A stretch of DNA of 64,000 bases from an uncultured Bacteroidota bacterium (GCA_913062555.1 CAJXVU010000008.1:25957-89956), one strand, 5' to 3'; positions 18,412 through 30,365 are shown, counted from the stretch's first letter. Notes: a model not told the origin generated them from the sequence alone. Numbers and translations are program-made.

Positions 18412-21400
18412 ATGAAAAGAATACTTTCATTTTGTACACTATGCTTTATTTTAGTTTCAATGTCAGCTCAGGAAGCAGAGACCTATTTCAAACCATTAAA
18501 ATATAGAAATATAGGACCCTTTCGTGGTGGCCGATCAGTAACGGCAAGTGGTGTATTAAATAACCCATTAACCTATTATATGGGTATTACGGGTGGTGGA
18601 TTATGGAAAACAGAAGATGCCGGTCAGCGATGGAATAATATCTCTGATGGATTTTTTAAAACAGGTTCGGTGGGAGCCGTTGCGGTTTCAGAATCTAATC
18701 CAAATATTGTTTATTGTGGGATGGGTGAACATGCCATTAGAGGAGTGATGACCTCGTATGGAGATGGTGTTTATAAATCAACTGATGCTGGTAAAACTTG
18801 GACTAAAATTGGATTGGATAATACACAGCAAATTTCCAGAATAGTAATTCATCCTACAAATCCAGATATTGTTTTTGTTGCTGCACAAGGAGCTTATAGT
18901 GGTCCTACTAAAGAACGGGGTATATATAAATCAACTGATGGCGGGAAATCTTGGAAGAATGTGTTATATACAAATGATGTCACCGGGGCCGTTGAATTGT
19001 CTATGGATATGAATTATCCTGAAATTATGTATGCGGCAATGTGGCATCACCAACGAACGCCATGGAAAATGATTAGTGGTGGTGAAGGAAGTGGTTTATA
19101 CAAATCGACCGATGGGGGAGAAACCTGGAATACGATCCATAAGGGGCTTCCAGTGGAAAAGGGTAAAATGGCAATTTCTGTTTGTCGTTCAAACTCTAAT
19201 AAAGTTTATGCCTTAATTGAAAGTGATAGTGATAAAGATTTAGGCGGCTTATTTGTGTCTAATAATGCTGGTGAAAGCTGGAATAGAGTTAGTGATGATA
19301 ATAGGTTGACACAGCGTGCTTGGTATTATACAGAAGTGTTTACAGATCCAAATAATGATAATGTTGTTTATGTGTTAAGTGCACCAGCTTTGCGATCTAT
19401 TGATGGTGGAAAAACTTGGGAACGGCTAGGAGGAACACATGGCGATTATCATGATTTATGGATTAATCCAAATAATTCTAACAATATGGTTATTGCCAAT
19501 GATGGCGGTGCTGCCATTTCATTTAATTATGCTAAAACTTGGTCTACCCAAGATATTATGCCAACAGCGCAGTTTTATAGAATAAATGCGGATAATTTAT
19601 TTCCATATAATATTTATGGTGGTCAACAAGATAATAGTTCTGTTAAAATAGCCAGCCTTTCTACTGGACGTCGAGGAATTACTCAGCAAGATTGGACCTA
19701 TTCTGCAGGAGGGGAAAGTGCTTTTCTAGCTTTTGATCCTGATAATCCGAAGTATATTTTGGGAGGGAGTTATTTAGGAACAATTGAAGCCTTGAATATG
19801 GACGCCAAAGCAAGTACACAAATTATGGCGGCTCCCATTCAATATTTAGGAAGAGCAGCTAGAGATATGAAGTATCTTTATAATTGGAATGCCCCTATTA
19901 TATGGTCAAAACATGATCCAGGAACATTTTACCATGCCGCTCAAATGGTTTTAAAAACCAAAGATATGGGTGTGACCTGGGATGAATTTTCCCCAGATTT
20001 AACACGTAACTTAGATGATAAACAAGGTAATGGAGGTGGCCCTTATACCAATGAAGCAGTGGGTGCTGAAAATTATGGAACCATTGCTTATATGGTTGAA
20101 TCTCCACATGAAAAGGGTGTGTTCTGGACAGGGAGTGATGATGGGTTTGTACAAATTACAAGAGATGATGGGCAAAGCTGGCAAAATGTAACCCCAAAAA
20201 ATTTAGAGGCATGTTTAATTAACGCCATAGAAGTTTCACCTCATGATCCAGCAACAGCTTATATTGCTACAACACGATATAAATTTAATGATTATACTCC
20301 AGCGATATACAAAACAACTAATTATGGTAAAACATGGAAAAATATTAGTTCTGGTATACCATACGGCGCTTATACAAGAGTAGTACGTGAAGATGCTACG
20401 CGAAAAAACCTGTTGTATGCAGGTACAGAAACAGGTATTTATATCTCTTGGAATGGAGGGAAGGCATGGGAACCTTTCCAATTGAATCTTCCAGTGACCC
20501 CAATAACAGATTTAAAAGTACATCAAGGCGATTTAATAGTTGCAACATCAGGCCGTTCGTTTTGGATTCTAGATGATTTGGCTCTGTTATCACAATATGA
20601 ATCCAATAAAAAAGCATTAAAATTATATGCACCAGAACATGCTTTAAATGGCTTTTGGGGCAGCCCCTTAAGTGGTAATACTGATAACTTTGATGGAACA
20701 AATACTTTCAATGGGGTGAACCCGGCCAATGGCGTTGTGATTTATTATCAATTGCCTCATTTAGAAGAAGGCGATCTGGTCACTTTAGAAATTAGAAATA
20801 GGAATCAGGATATTATTAATACCATAAGTTCTAAAAGTGATTCGGAATATAGAAGATGGGATGGAGGACCGCCTCGCGCTGCTGTACTGCCTAAAAATGA
20901 AGGATTGAACAGGTTTGTTTGGGATATGCGTTATCCAATTATGTCTGGAATACCAGACACTTATATTGAAGCTAGTTTCAGAGGGCATAGAGTGTCTCCT
21001 GGTAGCTATACTTTAACCTTAAAAGTTAATCAAAAAGAAGTCGAAACCATCGCTTATGTCGACGAAAACCCACAATATGAAACTGTCTCTAGTCAGTACA
21101 TTGTTTATGATAAATTAATGACTAATATGGAGCAAACATTAACCGAGATGCATGATGAGGTTAATTTGCTTTATGCAGCTAAGAATCAATTGAAAACAGC
21201 CTTGGCTTCTTTAGAAAAGAAAAATGGAGATGTAACTCTAATTGATACCGGGAAAGCACTTATAAAAAAATTAAATCAATGGGATGAAGATATGATTCAA
21301 CGAAAATCTAAAGCTTATGATGATGTCGAGAATTTTCCTAATAAATTTACCGCAGAATATATGTTTCTGATCAACCAAACCGAAAGTACTATTCCAAGGG

Positions 21401-21549
21401 TTAACCGATCTTCTATAGATCGAAAAACAGAACTTGATGCACAATGGAAAGCCTTGAACAATAGAGCAAACACGCTGTTAAACATAGATATACCAGCATT
21501 TAATAAACTACTTTGGAATGCCGGTATTGGTGCTCTTAAAATGGATTAG
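18412..21549 (+). CDS. Secreted BNR/sortilin (VPS10)-like beta-propeller protein
   Basis: Signal peptide followed by repeated SxDxGxTW motifs ([56 protein letters not shown]). 1045 aa. Confidence 0.8.
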   Translation: MKRILSFCTLCFILVSMSAQEAETYFKPLKYRNIGPFRGGRSVTASGVLNNPLTYYMGITGGGLWKTEDAGQRWNNISDGFFKTGSVGAVAVSESNPNIVYCGMGEHAIRGVMTSYGDGVYKSTDAGKTWTKIGLDNTQQISRIVIHPTNPDIVFVAAQGAYSGPTKERGIYKSTDGGKSWKNVLYTNDVTGAVELSMDMNYPEIMYAAMWHHQRTPWKMISGGEGSGLYKSTDGGETWNTIHKGLPVEKGKMAISVCRSNSNKVYALIESDSDKDLGGLFVSNNAGESWNRVSDDNRLTQRAWYYTEVFTDPNNDNVVYVLSAPALRSIDGGKTWERLGGTHGDYHDLWINPNNSNNMVIANDGGAAISFNYAKTWSTQDIMPTAQFYRINADNLFPYNIYGGQQDNSSVKIASLSTGRRGITQQDWTYSAGGESAFLAFDPDNPKYILGGSYLGTIEALNMDAKASTQIMAAPIQYLGRAARDMKYLYNWNAPIIWSKHDPGTFYHAAQMVLKTKDMGVTWDEFSPDLTRNLDDKQGNGGGPYTNEAVGAENYGTIAYMVESPHEKGVFWTGSDDGFVQITRDDGQSWQNVTPKNLEACLINAIEVSPHDPATAYIATTRYKFNDYTPAIYKTTNYGKTWKNISSGIPYGAYTRVVREDATRKNLLYAGTETGIYISWNGGKAWEPFQLNLPVTPITDLKVHQGDLIVATSGRSFWILDDLALLSQYESNKKALKLYAPEHALNGFWGSPLSGNTDNFDGTNTFNGVNPANGVVIYYQLPHLEEGDLVTLEIRNRNQDIINTISSKSDSEYRRWDGGPPRAAVLPKNEGLNRFVWDMRYPIMSGIPDTYIEASFRGHRVSPGSYTLTLKVNQKEVETIAYVDENPQYETVSSQYIVYDKLMTNMEQTLTEMHDEVNLLYAAKNQLKTALASLEKKNGDVTLIDTGKALIKKLNQWDEDMIQRKSKAYDDVENFPNKFTAEYMFLINQTESTIPRVNRSSIDRKTELDAQWKALNNRANTLLNIDIPAFNKLLWNAGIGALKMD

Positions 21550-21693
21550 AAAAATATGAGTTGAATTGGTAGTAATTTTATGTGATTCAGAAGGAAAAAC
21601 ATAGGAAATTAGTGTGTTCTCTTACGTAAGATTTAAAGGGGGACTAAATTTGACTTTGTAGAAAAGAACTTATATCATCATAAAAATGAACTC

Positions 21694-23289
21694 TTAATTT
21701 AGTTCCAATAATAAATTGGTGTCCACTACAAATCGCGTCCAATCTTTTTCCAAAACCTGAAGTGACTTTTGCTTTTGTTGCGAACTTAGTGAGGCATAAT
21801 TTATGGAATTAAAAACTAGTTTTTTAACGGCATTCAGATCTAATTCCCAAGCCAAAAAGACAAGCCAGAAATCATAACTAACCCCGTCATATCCAAATAC
21901 ACTTGGGTCGTCACTACTAATAGCACATTGCACACCATTTTTTAAAAGTAATCTACCAGGATGGGTTCTTAAATCAGGAATATAGCCTAAAGTTTGATTA
22001 CTTATTGGACTTATTTCAATAAGGATGTCTTTTTTAATTACGGTTTCAATTAATTCAGGATAAAAAACGAGATTTAAACCGTGGCCAATACGTTTAGAAT
22101 CTAGTGATACAGCATCGTATAGGTTTTTATTTTTTATAGAATTGCTTTCACCAGCGTGTAAATACAGTGGTAAATCTATCTGATAATCGGCTTTTAAAGT
22201 GTCTAACTTTTTCCAGCTTTTTTCATAATAGGAGATGGCGTTGCCACGGTCTTCTTCTGCAACGAGATCAAAACCTGTGATTAGATTTGGATATTTCTTC
22301 TTTAATCGGAAGGCTTCAGAGAGATGACTATTGATCTCTTTTATACTTAAAAATTTAAAACTTGTATAGATGAGATTTAATGTAAAGTTGGGTTCAATTT
22401 TCTGAATTTCTTTTAGAACATTATTTAAATCATTAATAATCGTATCATTAGAATATTCATCTTTTTCAAAATCATATAAACCGCCAAAAATATATCTAAT
22501 TTCCAAATGCTTAACATTGTCATTTAAGAGATCTAAAAATGCTTTTTTATAGTATGCTTTAAAAAATGGACGATAGGAAATTAACGCATTTATTCTCATA
22601 AAGCGCTTTTCAAATTCTTGCCAATAGTCTAAGTCTGGCGTTAGCGACTCTTTTTTTAAGACGAATAAATCGTACAGGAGGGCTTCAAACTCGGGATCGG
22701 TATCAATTTTCTCTTTTAAAGAGGAAAACCCTAAAGGCGCTGTATTTTTTTTAAAGACACCCAACTGTCCAAAAATATAGCGATCACTGTCATGTTTGGT
22801 GTATACATAACATTCGGGCATTTCCTTTGCCTTATCAATAAGCCAATTAATATTAGTAATGCCGCCACTATGAGTGTGAAGTAGCCCTCCCTTTGGCATT
22901 GATTTGAATATTTTGAAAAGCAAGGAAGAGTCAATAATATGTTTTACATCATGGAAAGGTTTATTGTAAAACGGTAAGTTATTACGTTGGATTATTTTTT
23001 CATAGTTGCCTCTCAAATCAAAAAGACTTTGTTCTAATTTATACTCGGCATCGCTTAGTGAAATTTCAGCGTCAAACGAACGATTATTATCAATTGTGAT
23101 TAACGCTTTTCGGGTTTCAGAAGCTGATAAATCATTTTTTAAAGTACTGGGGCTAGGCAGTTTTGAGTTTTGACAACTACAAAAAACAAAAACAAATAAG
23201 AGTATAAAATTATGATTGAAAAGAACATGTAAATTTAGGTACCGAGTATGTTTATTAAATGATGCTAAAAAAATGTTGTTTCTAACCAT
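21694..23289 (-). CDS. Adenosine/AMP deaminase-family protein of the ADGF/ADA2 (CECR1)-like type, probable lipoprotein
   Basis: Motifs LHTHSGG, YLHAGES and SSDDPSVFG are consistent with the metal-dependent deaminase fold. The N-terminal hydrophobic segment ends in FCSCQ (lipobox-like). 531 aa. Confidence 0.65.
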   Translation of the reverse strand: MVRNNIFLASFNKHTRYLNLHVLFNHNFILLFVFVFCSCQNSKLPSPSTLKNDLSASETRKALITIDNNRSFDAEISLSDAEYKLEQSLFDLRGNYEKIIQRNNLPFYNKPFHDVKHIIDSSLLFKIFKSMPKGGLLHTHSGGITNINWLIDKAKEMPECYVYTKHDSDRYIFGQLGVFKKNTAPLGFSSLKEKIDTDPEFEALLYDLFVLKKESLTPDLDYWQEFEKRFMRINALISYRPFFKAYYKKAFLDLLNDNVKHLEIRYIFGGLYDFEKDEYSNDTIINDLNNVLKEIQKIEPNFTLNLIYTSFKFLSIKEINSHLSEAFRLKKKYPNLITGFDLVAEEDRGNAISYYEKSWKKLDTLKADYQIDLPLYLHAGESNSIKNKNLYDAVSLDSKRIGHGLNLVFYPELIETVIKKDILIEISPISNQTLGYIPDLRTHPGRLLLKNGVQCAISSDDPSVFGYDGVSYDFWLVFLAWELDLNAVKKLVFNSINYASLSSQQKQKSLQVLEKDWTRFVVDTNLLLELN

Positions 23290-23295
23290 AAAAAA

Positions 23296-26022
23296 TTACA
23301 CTAATTCTTGATTATACTTTCCTTTACTTTTTCTAATTCTTACGGCCACTACTTTGTATTCGGGACACATTGCTTCTGAGTCATGAACATCTCCAGTAAT
23401 AATATTAATCATTATTTCTGGGAAGTGGAATGTGGTACTCAATATTCCTGATTTTACTTCATCGGTAATTCGAGCTTTCACATCAACTTTTCCTCTTGGA
23501 GATTCTAAGCAAACATAGTCACCTTCGTTAATGAAGTGCTTTTGTGCGTCTTCAGGGTTAATCATTAAATAATCATCTTGAAGAATTTGCTCATTCGCTG
23601 TACGGCGGGTCATAGCACCACAATTGTAATGCTCTAATTCTCGATTAGTTGTTAAAATATATGGGTAGTCTTTCGCGTGTTCAGTTAGCTCAGTAGTTTC
23701 TTCCCATGCATTGAATTCAAACTTTCCTTTACCACGTTTAAAATCTTCTTTATGCAAAATTTGAGTATCTGTACCATCTTTTGCTACAGGCCATTGTAGC
23801 CCATTCTTACCAAGTCTTTCCCATGATATTCCTGCAAAGAAAGGGACGATTTGTGATATTTCATCTAACATCCCATCCGGTGTATAATCAGGTTGAGCAT
23901 ACCCCATTTTGTTCATGATGTCTACGATGATTTGTCCGTCAGGCTTTGATCCTATCACGGGTTCTACAACTTGCCTCACAGCTTGTACACGGCGTTCTCC
24001 ATTGGTAAAGGTTCCGCTTTTTTCTAAAAATGATGCGCCAGGCAAAATAACATCCGCATATTTAGCAGTTTCTGTCATGAATAACTCTTGAACTATAACT
24101 AAATCTGTAGACTCTAATGCCTTAATTACTTTTTGGGTATTTGGATCGGTTTGTACCACATCTTCCCCAATAATCCAAATTGCTTTTAAGTTGCCGTCTA
24201 ATGCAGCATCAAACATTTCTGGAATTTTGTAGCCAATATTCATTGGAACATCAACTCCATAAAATTCATTATACTTTTTATTCACATCATCTTTTGTGAT
24301 GTCTAAATACCCAGCGCCTTGATGTGGTTGCACACCCATATCGGCAGAGCCTTGCACATTGTTTTGGCCACGTAACGGATTCACACCAACACCACGACGA
24401 CCAATATTACCAGTCATTAAAGCTAAGTCAGCAATTTGCATTACCGTAAATGTTCCTTGTGAATGTTCTGTAACGCCCAAGCCGTGAAACGACATAGCGT
24501 TAGGTGCAGCTGCATAAGCGATCGCTGCTGCTCTAACTTCTTGTCTAGTGACACCTGAAACGTTCTCTATAGCAGTTAAATCTATATTTAAAAGTTCTTG
24601 TTTAAATTCTTCAAAGCCTTCAGTTCTATTTTCAATAAACGATGTGTCTACTAAAGTTTCTGAAACGATATAATACATCATCATATTAAGCACGGCAACG
24701 TTTGTTCCCGGTCTTAATGCGATGTGATGAGTTGCATATCGTGCTAACTCTGTCCGCCTTGGATCAATAACAATTGATACATTACCCGATTTCATTGCAA
24801 ACTGTTTTAGTTTGGCTCCTGTTACTGGATGCGCATCAGTAGGATTTGCACCAATAACCATTATACAGTTAGTGTCTTTTAAATCGTCAATAGAATTTGT
24901 TGCTGCTCCAGTGCCATAAGTACGTTGCATCCCTAAGGCGGTAGGCGAATGACACACACGTGCACAACCATCAATATTATTAGTACTTAATACTGCTCTA
25001 AAGAATTTTTGCATTAAGTAGTTTTCTTCGTTTGTACAACGTGAAGAGGAAATTCCAGCCATAGAATCAGGCCCAAATTCGTTTTTATATCCTGTTAATT
25101 TATTAGCAATATACTCGTAAACTTCATCCCAAGACACTTTCTCAAATTCCCCGTTGCGCTTAATCATTGGCGAATTTAAACGCTCTGGATGGTCATAAAA
25201 TTTAAAAGCATATCGGCCTTTTATACAGGTATGTCCTTGATTCACTTCGGCATCATAAGGCGCCGTAATACTTAAAATTTCGCCATTACTACTTGCAACT
25301 TCAAGATTACATCCAACACCGCAATAGGTGCAAATTGTTCTAGTGCTATCCGTGGATTTGATTGCTTTGGATTGAAATACATCTGAAATTGCTGAGGTTG
25401 GACAGGCTTGAGAACAAGCACCACAACTTATACAATCAGAATCCATAAACGAATCATCTAAGCCTTTTATAATTTTAGAATCGAAACCACGACCAGACAT
25501 GCTCAATACAAATTCGCCTTGTACTTCGTCACAAGCGCGAACACAGCGGTAACAATTGATGCATTTTGATAAATCTGAAGTCATATATGGATGACTCAAA
25601 TCTTTCATTCTATATAAATGAGTGTCACCTTCTGGATAACGAACTTCACGAATCCCCACTTGTGCTGCAACGGTTTGCAATTCACAATTACCATTTACTT
25701 CACAGGTTAAACAATCTAAGGGGTGGTCAGTTAATACTAACTCAACAATATTTTTACGTAAAGCTTTTACAGTCTCTGTACTGGTATAAATATATTGTCC
25801 CTTTCCAACAGGGGTATGACAAGACGCCAATGTTTTCACCGGGCCATTTTTGTCTAAGGCAACTTCAACACTACAGACACGACAAGATCCAAAGGGGTCT
25901 AAATTTGGTGCATCACATAATGTAGGTACAAGTCCTTTGTCTTTATAGCGTTTTATAAAAGCTAAGATGGTTTCTCCTTCAGCTATTTCAAAAGCCTGAT
26001 TATCTATATATGCAGTGTTCAT
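23296..26022 (-). CDS. Formate dehydrogenase alpha subunit (NAD-linked FdsA/FdhF-type, Cys variant)
   Basis: N-terminal 2Fe-2S cysteines, the NuoG-like HPLDCLTCEVNGNCELQ, two CxxCxxCxxxCP ferredoxin motifs, the molybdopterin-domain start CTYCGVGCNL, and the active-site region CARVCHSPT. 908 aa. Confidence 0.9.
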   Translation of the reverse strand: MNTAYIDNQAFEIAEGETILAFIKRYKDKGLVPTLCDAPNLDPFGSCRVCSVEVALDKNGPVKTLASCHTPVGKGQYIYTSTETVKALRKNIVELVLTDHPLDCLTCEVNGNCELQTVAAQVGIREVRYPEGDTHLYRMKDLSHPYMTSDLSKCINCYRCVRACDEVQGEFVLSMSGRGFDSKIIKGLDDSFMDSDCISCGACSQACPTSAISDVFQSKAIKSTDSTRTICTYCGVGCNLEVASSNGEILSITAPYDAEVNQGHTCIKGRYAFKFYDHPERLNSPMIKRNGEFEKVSWDEVYEYIANKLTGYKNEFGPDSMAGISSSRCTNEENYLMQKFFRAVLSTNNIDGCARVCHSPTALGMQRTYGTGAATNSIDDLKDTNCIMVIGANPTDAHPVTGAKLKQFAMKSGNVSIVIDPRRTELARYATHHIALRPGTNVAVLNMMMYYIVSETLVDTSFIENRTEGFEEFKQELLNIDLTAIENVSGVTRQEVRAAAIAYAAAPNAMSFHGLGVTEHSQGTFTVMQIADLALMTGNIGRRGVGVNPLRGQNNVQGSADMGVQPHQGAGYLDITKDDVNKKYNEFYGVDVPMNIGYKIPEMFDAALDGNLKAIWIIGEDVVQTDPNTQKVIKALESTDLVIVQELFMTETAKYADVILPGASFLEKSGTFTNGERRVQAVRQVVEPVIGSKPDGQIIVDIMNKMGYAQPDYTPDGMLDEISQIVPFFAGISWERLGKNGLQWPVAKDGTDTQILHKEDFKRGKGKFEFNAWEETTELTEHAKDYPYILTTNRELEHYNCGAMTRRTANEQILQDDYLMINPEDAQKHFINEGDYVCLESPRGKVDVKARITDEVKSGILSTTFHFPEIMINIITGDVHDSEAMCPEYKVVAVRIRKSKGKYNQELV

Positions 26023-26033
26023 TTTTTTCTAAT

Positions 26034-27686
26034 TTAATTGAAGTATTGTTTTAATTCAGCTTCAAAATATTGCATTGCGTTACGCACGGGTAATGGTATC
26101 CCACCACCATGTGCACATAACGAGCCCTGCTCTAAGGTTGTCAATAGATCTGTAAATAATTTTCTATCAATTTTATAATCCGATGTTAATGCTTTTGTTG
26201 AAAGCTCTTGACCTCTCTTTGTTCCTAATCGACAAGGGAAACATTTGCCACAGCTTTCATAGGATGCAAAATCAAAGAGATGTTCGATAAGCTTCATGAT
26301 GGGAAAATCACTAGGAACACAAACTATGGATGCATGCCCTAATAAAAACCCTTCATTTGAGAACGATTCAAAATCAATGGTTAAATCATCAATTTTTGAA
26401 ACAGGAACTAATCCACCGAGAGGCCCACCAATTTGAAGCGCTTTTACCGAAGATTTAAATCCGCCACCTAAGTCATTTACAACGGATGAAAGTGGGGTTC
26501 CCATTTCAACCTCGTACATGCCAGGGTTATTAAAAAAGCTATCTAGACAGACTAATTTTGTGCCTGAGGAACGATCTGTGCCAATATTTTTCCATGCTTC
26601 TCCACCATTTTCAATAATGTAATGCAGGGCCGCCAAAGTCTCAACATTATTTACAGTTGTTGGTTTGTTAAATAGTCCTTTTTGAGCAGGAAATGGAGGG
26701 CGTACCCGTACCTCTGGACGTTGACCTTCAATCGAGTTTATTAAAGCGGTTTCTTCACCACAGATATAAGAACCTTGAGCCTGGATGATTTTAAACTGAA
26801 AGTTAAATCCGCTGCCATCAATGTTTTCACCTATCAATCCTGCTAGCTGAAGCTCATCAATTGCATTTTGAATGATGACTGCTGCTTCAGGATATTCAGC
26901 TCTAATATATAAAATACCATAACTAGCATGAGTGACATAGCCAGAAATAAGCATCCCAAATAAAACAGAATGAGGCTGTTTTTCTAATAAATATCTATCT
27001 GAATAAGCTCCAGGATCCCCTTCATCAGCATTACAGATAATGAACTTGGTGTCATTCTTTACATTGCGGCAAAACTCTAATTTTAATCCCATAGGGAATC
27101 CAGCACCGCCACGGCCTCGAACATTTGATGTTTTTATAGTTTCTAAAACTTCTGAGGAGTCTTGTTTTAGAGCCTCAAGAAAGGGTTTATAGTATTCTGA
27201 AACTGTTGAGAATGCTGTTGTTAAAATAGTCTTTTTATTAGCTTTAACAGTATAAGTATCTTCGTTTAAATTAGTATCTGTATTGAGAATATCATTTAAC
27301 TTTTCAAGTGATTTTCCCGAATAATTTTTTCCATCATAATGAAAGGCACTATTCTCATGGCATCGTCCTAAACAGGTCATGTGGCCAATCTCATTAGTGT
27401 CAAAATGATTTTCAAGAGATGAAACAACTGCGTCTTGAGTACCGGCACAAACACAGGCAGTACCATTACAGACATAGGCTTTTTTACCTTTATTTTCTGG
27501 TTTTAAAAAATCGTAAAAACTAGCGGTGCCAAAAGTATTTGCTTTACCAATTAGGAATTCATCAGCTAATTTAGCTAGTTCATCCGCATTAGGTGCGCCT
27601 TCAGGTTTTGCAATTTGCCCTAATTTATCGAAGAGGTTATCTTTTATTCCTTTTCGCCCTAGTAATTCACTTAAATTATCTGACAT
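26034..27686 (-). CDS. NuoE/NuoF-like NAD(H)-binding diaphorase subunit of formate dehydrogenase
   Basis: GRGGAGFPMGLK (FMN/NADH site), ESCGKCFPCRLG (4Fe-4S), and an N-terminal thioredoxin-like 2Fe-2S cysteine pattern. 550 aa. Confidence 0.88.
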   Translation of the reverse strand: MSDNLSELLGRKGIKDNLFDKLGQIAKPEGAPNADELAKLADEFLIGKANTFGTASFYDFLKPENKGKKAYVCNGTACVCAGTQDAVVSSLENHFDTNEIGHMTCLGRCHENSAFHYDGKNYSGKSLEKLNDILNTDTNLNEDTYTVKANKKTILTTAFSTVSEYYKPFLEALKQDSSEVLETIKTSNVRGRGGAGFPMGLKLEFCRNVKNDTKFIICNADEGDPGAYSDRYLLEKQPHSVLFGMLISGYVTHASYGILYIRAEYPEAAVIIQNAIDELQLAGLIGENIDGSGFNFQFKIIQAQGSYICGEETALINSIEGQRPEVRVRPPFPAQKGLFNKPTTVNNVETLAALHYIIENGGEAWKNIGTDRSSGTKLVCLDSFFNNPGMYEVEMGTPLSSVVNDLGGGFKSSVKALQIGGPLGGLVPVSKIDDLTIDFESFSNEGFLLGHASIVCVPSDFPIMKLIEHLFDFASYESCGKCFPCRLGTKRGQELSTKALTSDYKIDRKLFTDLLTTLEQGSLCAHGGGIPLPVRNAMQYFEAELKQYFN

Positions 27687-27692
27687 ATATTT

Positions 27693-28517
27693 TTAACTCG
27701 CTTTAGGATTTGTTTTATTTATTTTGGTACGTTGTGGATGTGAATAACAAGTTGCTCTTTTATCTCTGCAAAAAGCAAACAAAGTAATTCCGAGTTCTTT
27801 GGCATAATCTACAGCCAAAGAAGATGGGGCAGAAACGGCTGCTAAAAAAGGAATTTTTGCTTTAAAGCATTTAATGACAATTTCATAAGAAATACGTCCA
27901 CTAACGGTCATAATTTTTGCGTTTTGCAATTGATTTGAAGTGATCAATTTTCCAACAATTTTATCTACGGCATTATGTCGTCCAAGGTCTTCCATTGAAC
28001 AAAGTAGCTGCCCTTCGATTGTAAAAGCTGCTGCTGCATGTGTGCCACCTGTTTTTTTAAAATCATGCTGCAACAAACTCATTTTATTAAATAATTGATG
28101 AATTAAGTTAATCTCAATTTTTTTAGTATCATCAATAGTTTTTCCTATAAAAGATAAATCGCCGAGTTCTGTTTTGCCACAGATGCCACAGGATGAAACC
28201 GAAAGTAAGCTTCTACTATTTGAATAACCTTCTCCCAATTCACTTTCTGGAATATCAACATTAACAATAGTAACAATACCATTTTCATTTTCTTTTTTAA
28301 TAGATACTTCTGGGGAGAAATTGGTATTATTTAAAACCCCTTCACAATGCAACATTCCTCGAACTAAAGAAACATCATTTCCTGGTGTACGCATTGATAC
28401 CGTAAATGCTTTATTGTTTATATTTATTTGCAAAGCTTCTTCGACAGTTAGTGCATCAGTAATTTGATGTGCGTCTTGCGCATCAAATTTTTTGCCTTCA
28501 TAGTGTCGAGTTGCCAT
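27693..28517 (-). CDS. fdhD: Formate dehydrogenase accessory sulfurtransferase FdhD
   Basis: 274 aa with the SSCGICGK motif. It is the first gene of the FDH operon. Confidence 0.85.
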   Translation of the reverse strand: MATRHYEGKKFDAQDAHQITDALTVEEALQININNKAFTVSMRTPGNDVSLVRGMLHCEGVLNNTNFSPEVSIKKENENGIVTIVNVDIPESELGEGYSNSRSLLSVSSCGICGKTELGDLSFIGKTIDDTKKIEINLIHQLFNKMSLLQHDFKKTGGTHAAAAFTIEGQLLCSMEDLGRHNAVDKIVGKLITSNQLQNAKIMTVSGRISYEIVIKCFKAKIPFLAAVSAPSSLAVDYAKELGITLFAFCRDKRATCYSHPQRTKINKTNPKAS

Positions 28518-28671
28518 AAAAATATACTGTTAATTAATTTTTAGCCGATATTATTTTTGTCCAATTTACACAAAGTTATAGGATTTGAACTGTTTTTTCA
28601 AGTAGAATAGTGGTTTTATGATTTCGCTATGTGATAAAGCGACTAATGCCAATGTATATCTACCGATAGAT

Positions 28672-28706
28672 AAAAAAAAAGCCTAGATATATCTAGACTT
28701 TTTTTT
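28672..28706 (-). terminator. Weak AT-rich terminator-like hairpin downstream of the S41 peptidase gene
   Basis: An A9 run, the palindrome ctagatatatctag, then a T8 run. The stem is short and AT-rich. Confidence 0.4.
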
Positions 28707-28740
28707 GGATTAAAATTGATGTTTTGTAATGTAGAATTAA

Positions 28741-30240
28741 CTATTTGATTGCTAAAACATGTTTTACGAGTTTATCATGATTAGTTAAAAATGCTTTGCT
28801 ATAAAGATCACCCTTATAAGTTGTTCTTAAATAATAATCGTCAGCGGAGGTAGGGATATTTATTTCAACGTTATTATGGGAGAAATCGTTTATAGTTTTA
28901 ACTCCAGAAAAATCTAGCATAGGCTCTATTCTAAAAATCAATTCTGAATGTTTCATTTTAAAGAATAGGGGTTCTGTTTGTAGTCCACCAACCAGGTTGG
29001 TAGTTGTTCCTACCGAAATTAATTTATCGCTATTCAAGCAGAAATTAGAAAAATTTCCTGCTGATGAATAAATGTATTTGTCTTGTAAAACAAATATTTC
29101 GGCAGAGTGCTTAATGGACTTTCTGCTTGGCTTTAATGTGAATACTTCGTCAGATTCTGTCCAATATTCAGAATGATTTAATAATTGAATGGCTTCATGT
29201 TTTGTGTTCTTTTTGCCTTTATTATAGAATTCTACAACAGGTTTTTTGTATTTGTATTTAAGATCGATTGAGAAGCTTATATTGCTTGGGATTAGATGAC
29301 TTAATACATTTCTCCAGCACATGTCATTTCCGCCTGGATTTCCTCTTATGTCTATTATGATTTTATCAAAATCACCATATTTTGAGTGTAGGCTGTCTAC
29401 TTTTGAGATTATGTTTTTTCCTTGTTCAACATCCATAAATGGCATACCGATGTATAAGGCATTTTGATCTTTTAAATAAAGTGCCTGCTCTTTGGATTGT
29501 GAGTAATAAAATACTTGTCGTTCAGGTTTCTGTGCCAATTTAATCGAGTCCTTTAGATTAAAGTTTATTGTTTTAGATTGCCCGTCATTAAAAGTTAATG
29601 AAAATTGGTCTTTCCCAACACCATAAAATTTGCGATTATAGGGTCTTTTGTTGTTTGCATCCCATAATATAGGCCATACTTTATCATAGTTGTTTGTAAT
29701 AAATGATTTGATATTTTTATCATTATAAAGTGTCACCTTAGTACCACGCTTAATATTCTGTTTTTTATAACTAAAATCGGCATAGACTACGTATTCTCCA
29801 TTCTCATAAAGTAATGGTAATATAAGATTGATAGCCTTGGCTTCACAATGTTCTTCAAAATATTTGATACGTTCATAGCTTTGGTTCTTTTTGAAATTAA
29901 ACTTCTTTTGATATTGGCCATAGGCTTCAAAATAGTCAAATGACATAAAACTACAGTGCATGTCTTGTACCAGTTGAATGGCTTTTTCTAAGGTGTCTTT
30001 AAATTCACAAATACTTGTATTTTCAGTGATAGTATTACGCAAGATTGTGTATTGTTTAGTATAGTCAATCCCAAGCCTTACAGCATTTAGATCTTTATGA
30101 ACAGCAAATGTGTTTATATATGAAATGGTTTCGTTAAAGTCTTCAAGCATTTGTGATTTACTAAGCTTAAGTTCTTGGCTTTGAATGCTTAGCAAAGGGC
30201 ATAGAAGCATGGTGATAAATAATAGTTTAATTTTTCTCAT
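28741..30240 (-). CDS. S41-family (tail-specific-like) peptidase, secreted
   Basis: Signal peptide and the IIDIRGNPGGN motif typical of S41 peptidases. 499 aa. Confidence 0.7.
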   Translation of the reverse strand: MRKIKLLFITMLLCPLLSIQSQELKLSKSQMLEDFNETISYINTFAVHKDLNAVRLGIDYTKQYTILRNTITENTSICEFKDTLEKAIQLVQDMHCSFMSFDYFEAYGQYQKKFNFKKNQSYERIKYFEEHCEAKAINLILPLLYENGEYVVYADFSYKKQNIKRGTKVTLYNDKNIKSFITNNYDKVWPILWDANNKRPYNRKFYGVGKDQFSLTFNDGQSKTINFNLKDSIKLAQKPERQVFYYSQSKEQALYLKDQNALYIGMPFMDVEQGKNIISKVDSLHSKYGDFDKIIIDIRGNPGGNDMCWRNVLSHLIPSNISFSIDLKYKYKKPVVEFYNKGKKNTKHEAIQLLNHSEYWTESDEVFTLKPSRKSIKHSAEIFVLQDKYIYSSAGNFSNFCLNSDKLISVGTTTNLVGGLQTEPLFFKMKHSELIFRIEPMLDFSGVKTINDFSHNNVEINIPTSADDYYLRTTYKGDLYSKAFLTNHDKLVKHVLAIK

Positions 30241-30365
30241 GATTTTAAATGTTATGATGTTCGTTTTTTGTTGATTTATTTAAAAATTAAGCATAGGAAT
30301 CCCCGTCACTTAAATAAAGTGGATTATTGTACTTAATATGATGTTTTGAAAAATATTAGCCTCTG

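Noticed and set aside
24950-24975. Possible selenocysteine (in-frame TGA) in the formate dehydrogenase active site
   Set aside because: The ORF is uninterrupted and the active-site position is a Cys codon (peptide CARVCHSPT). No SECIS element is needed.
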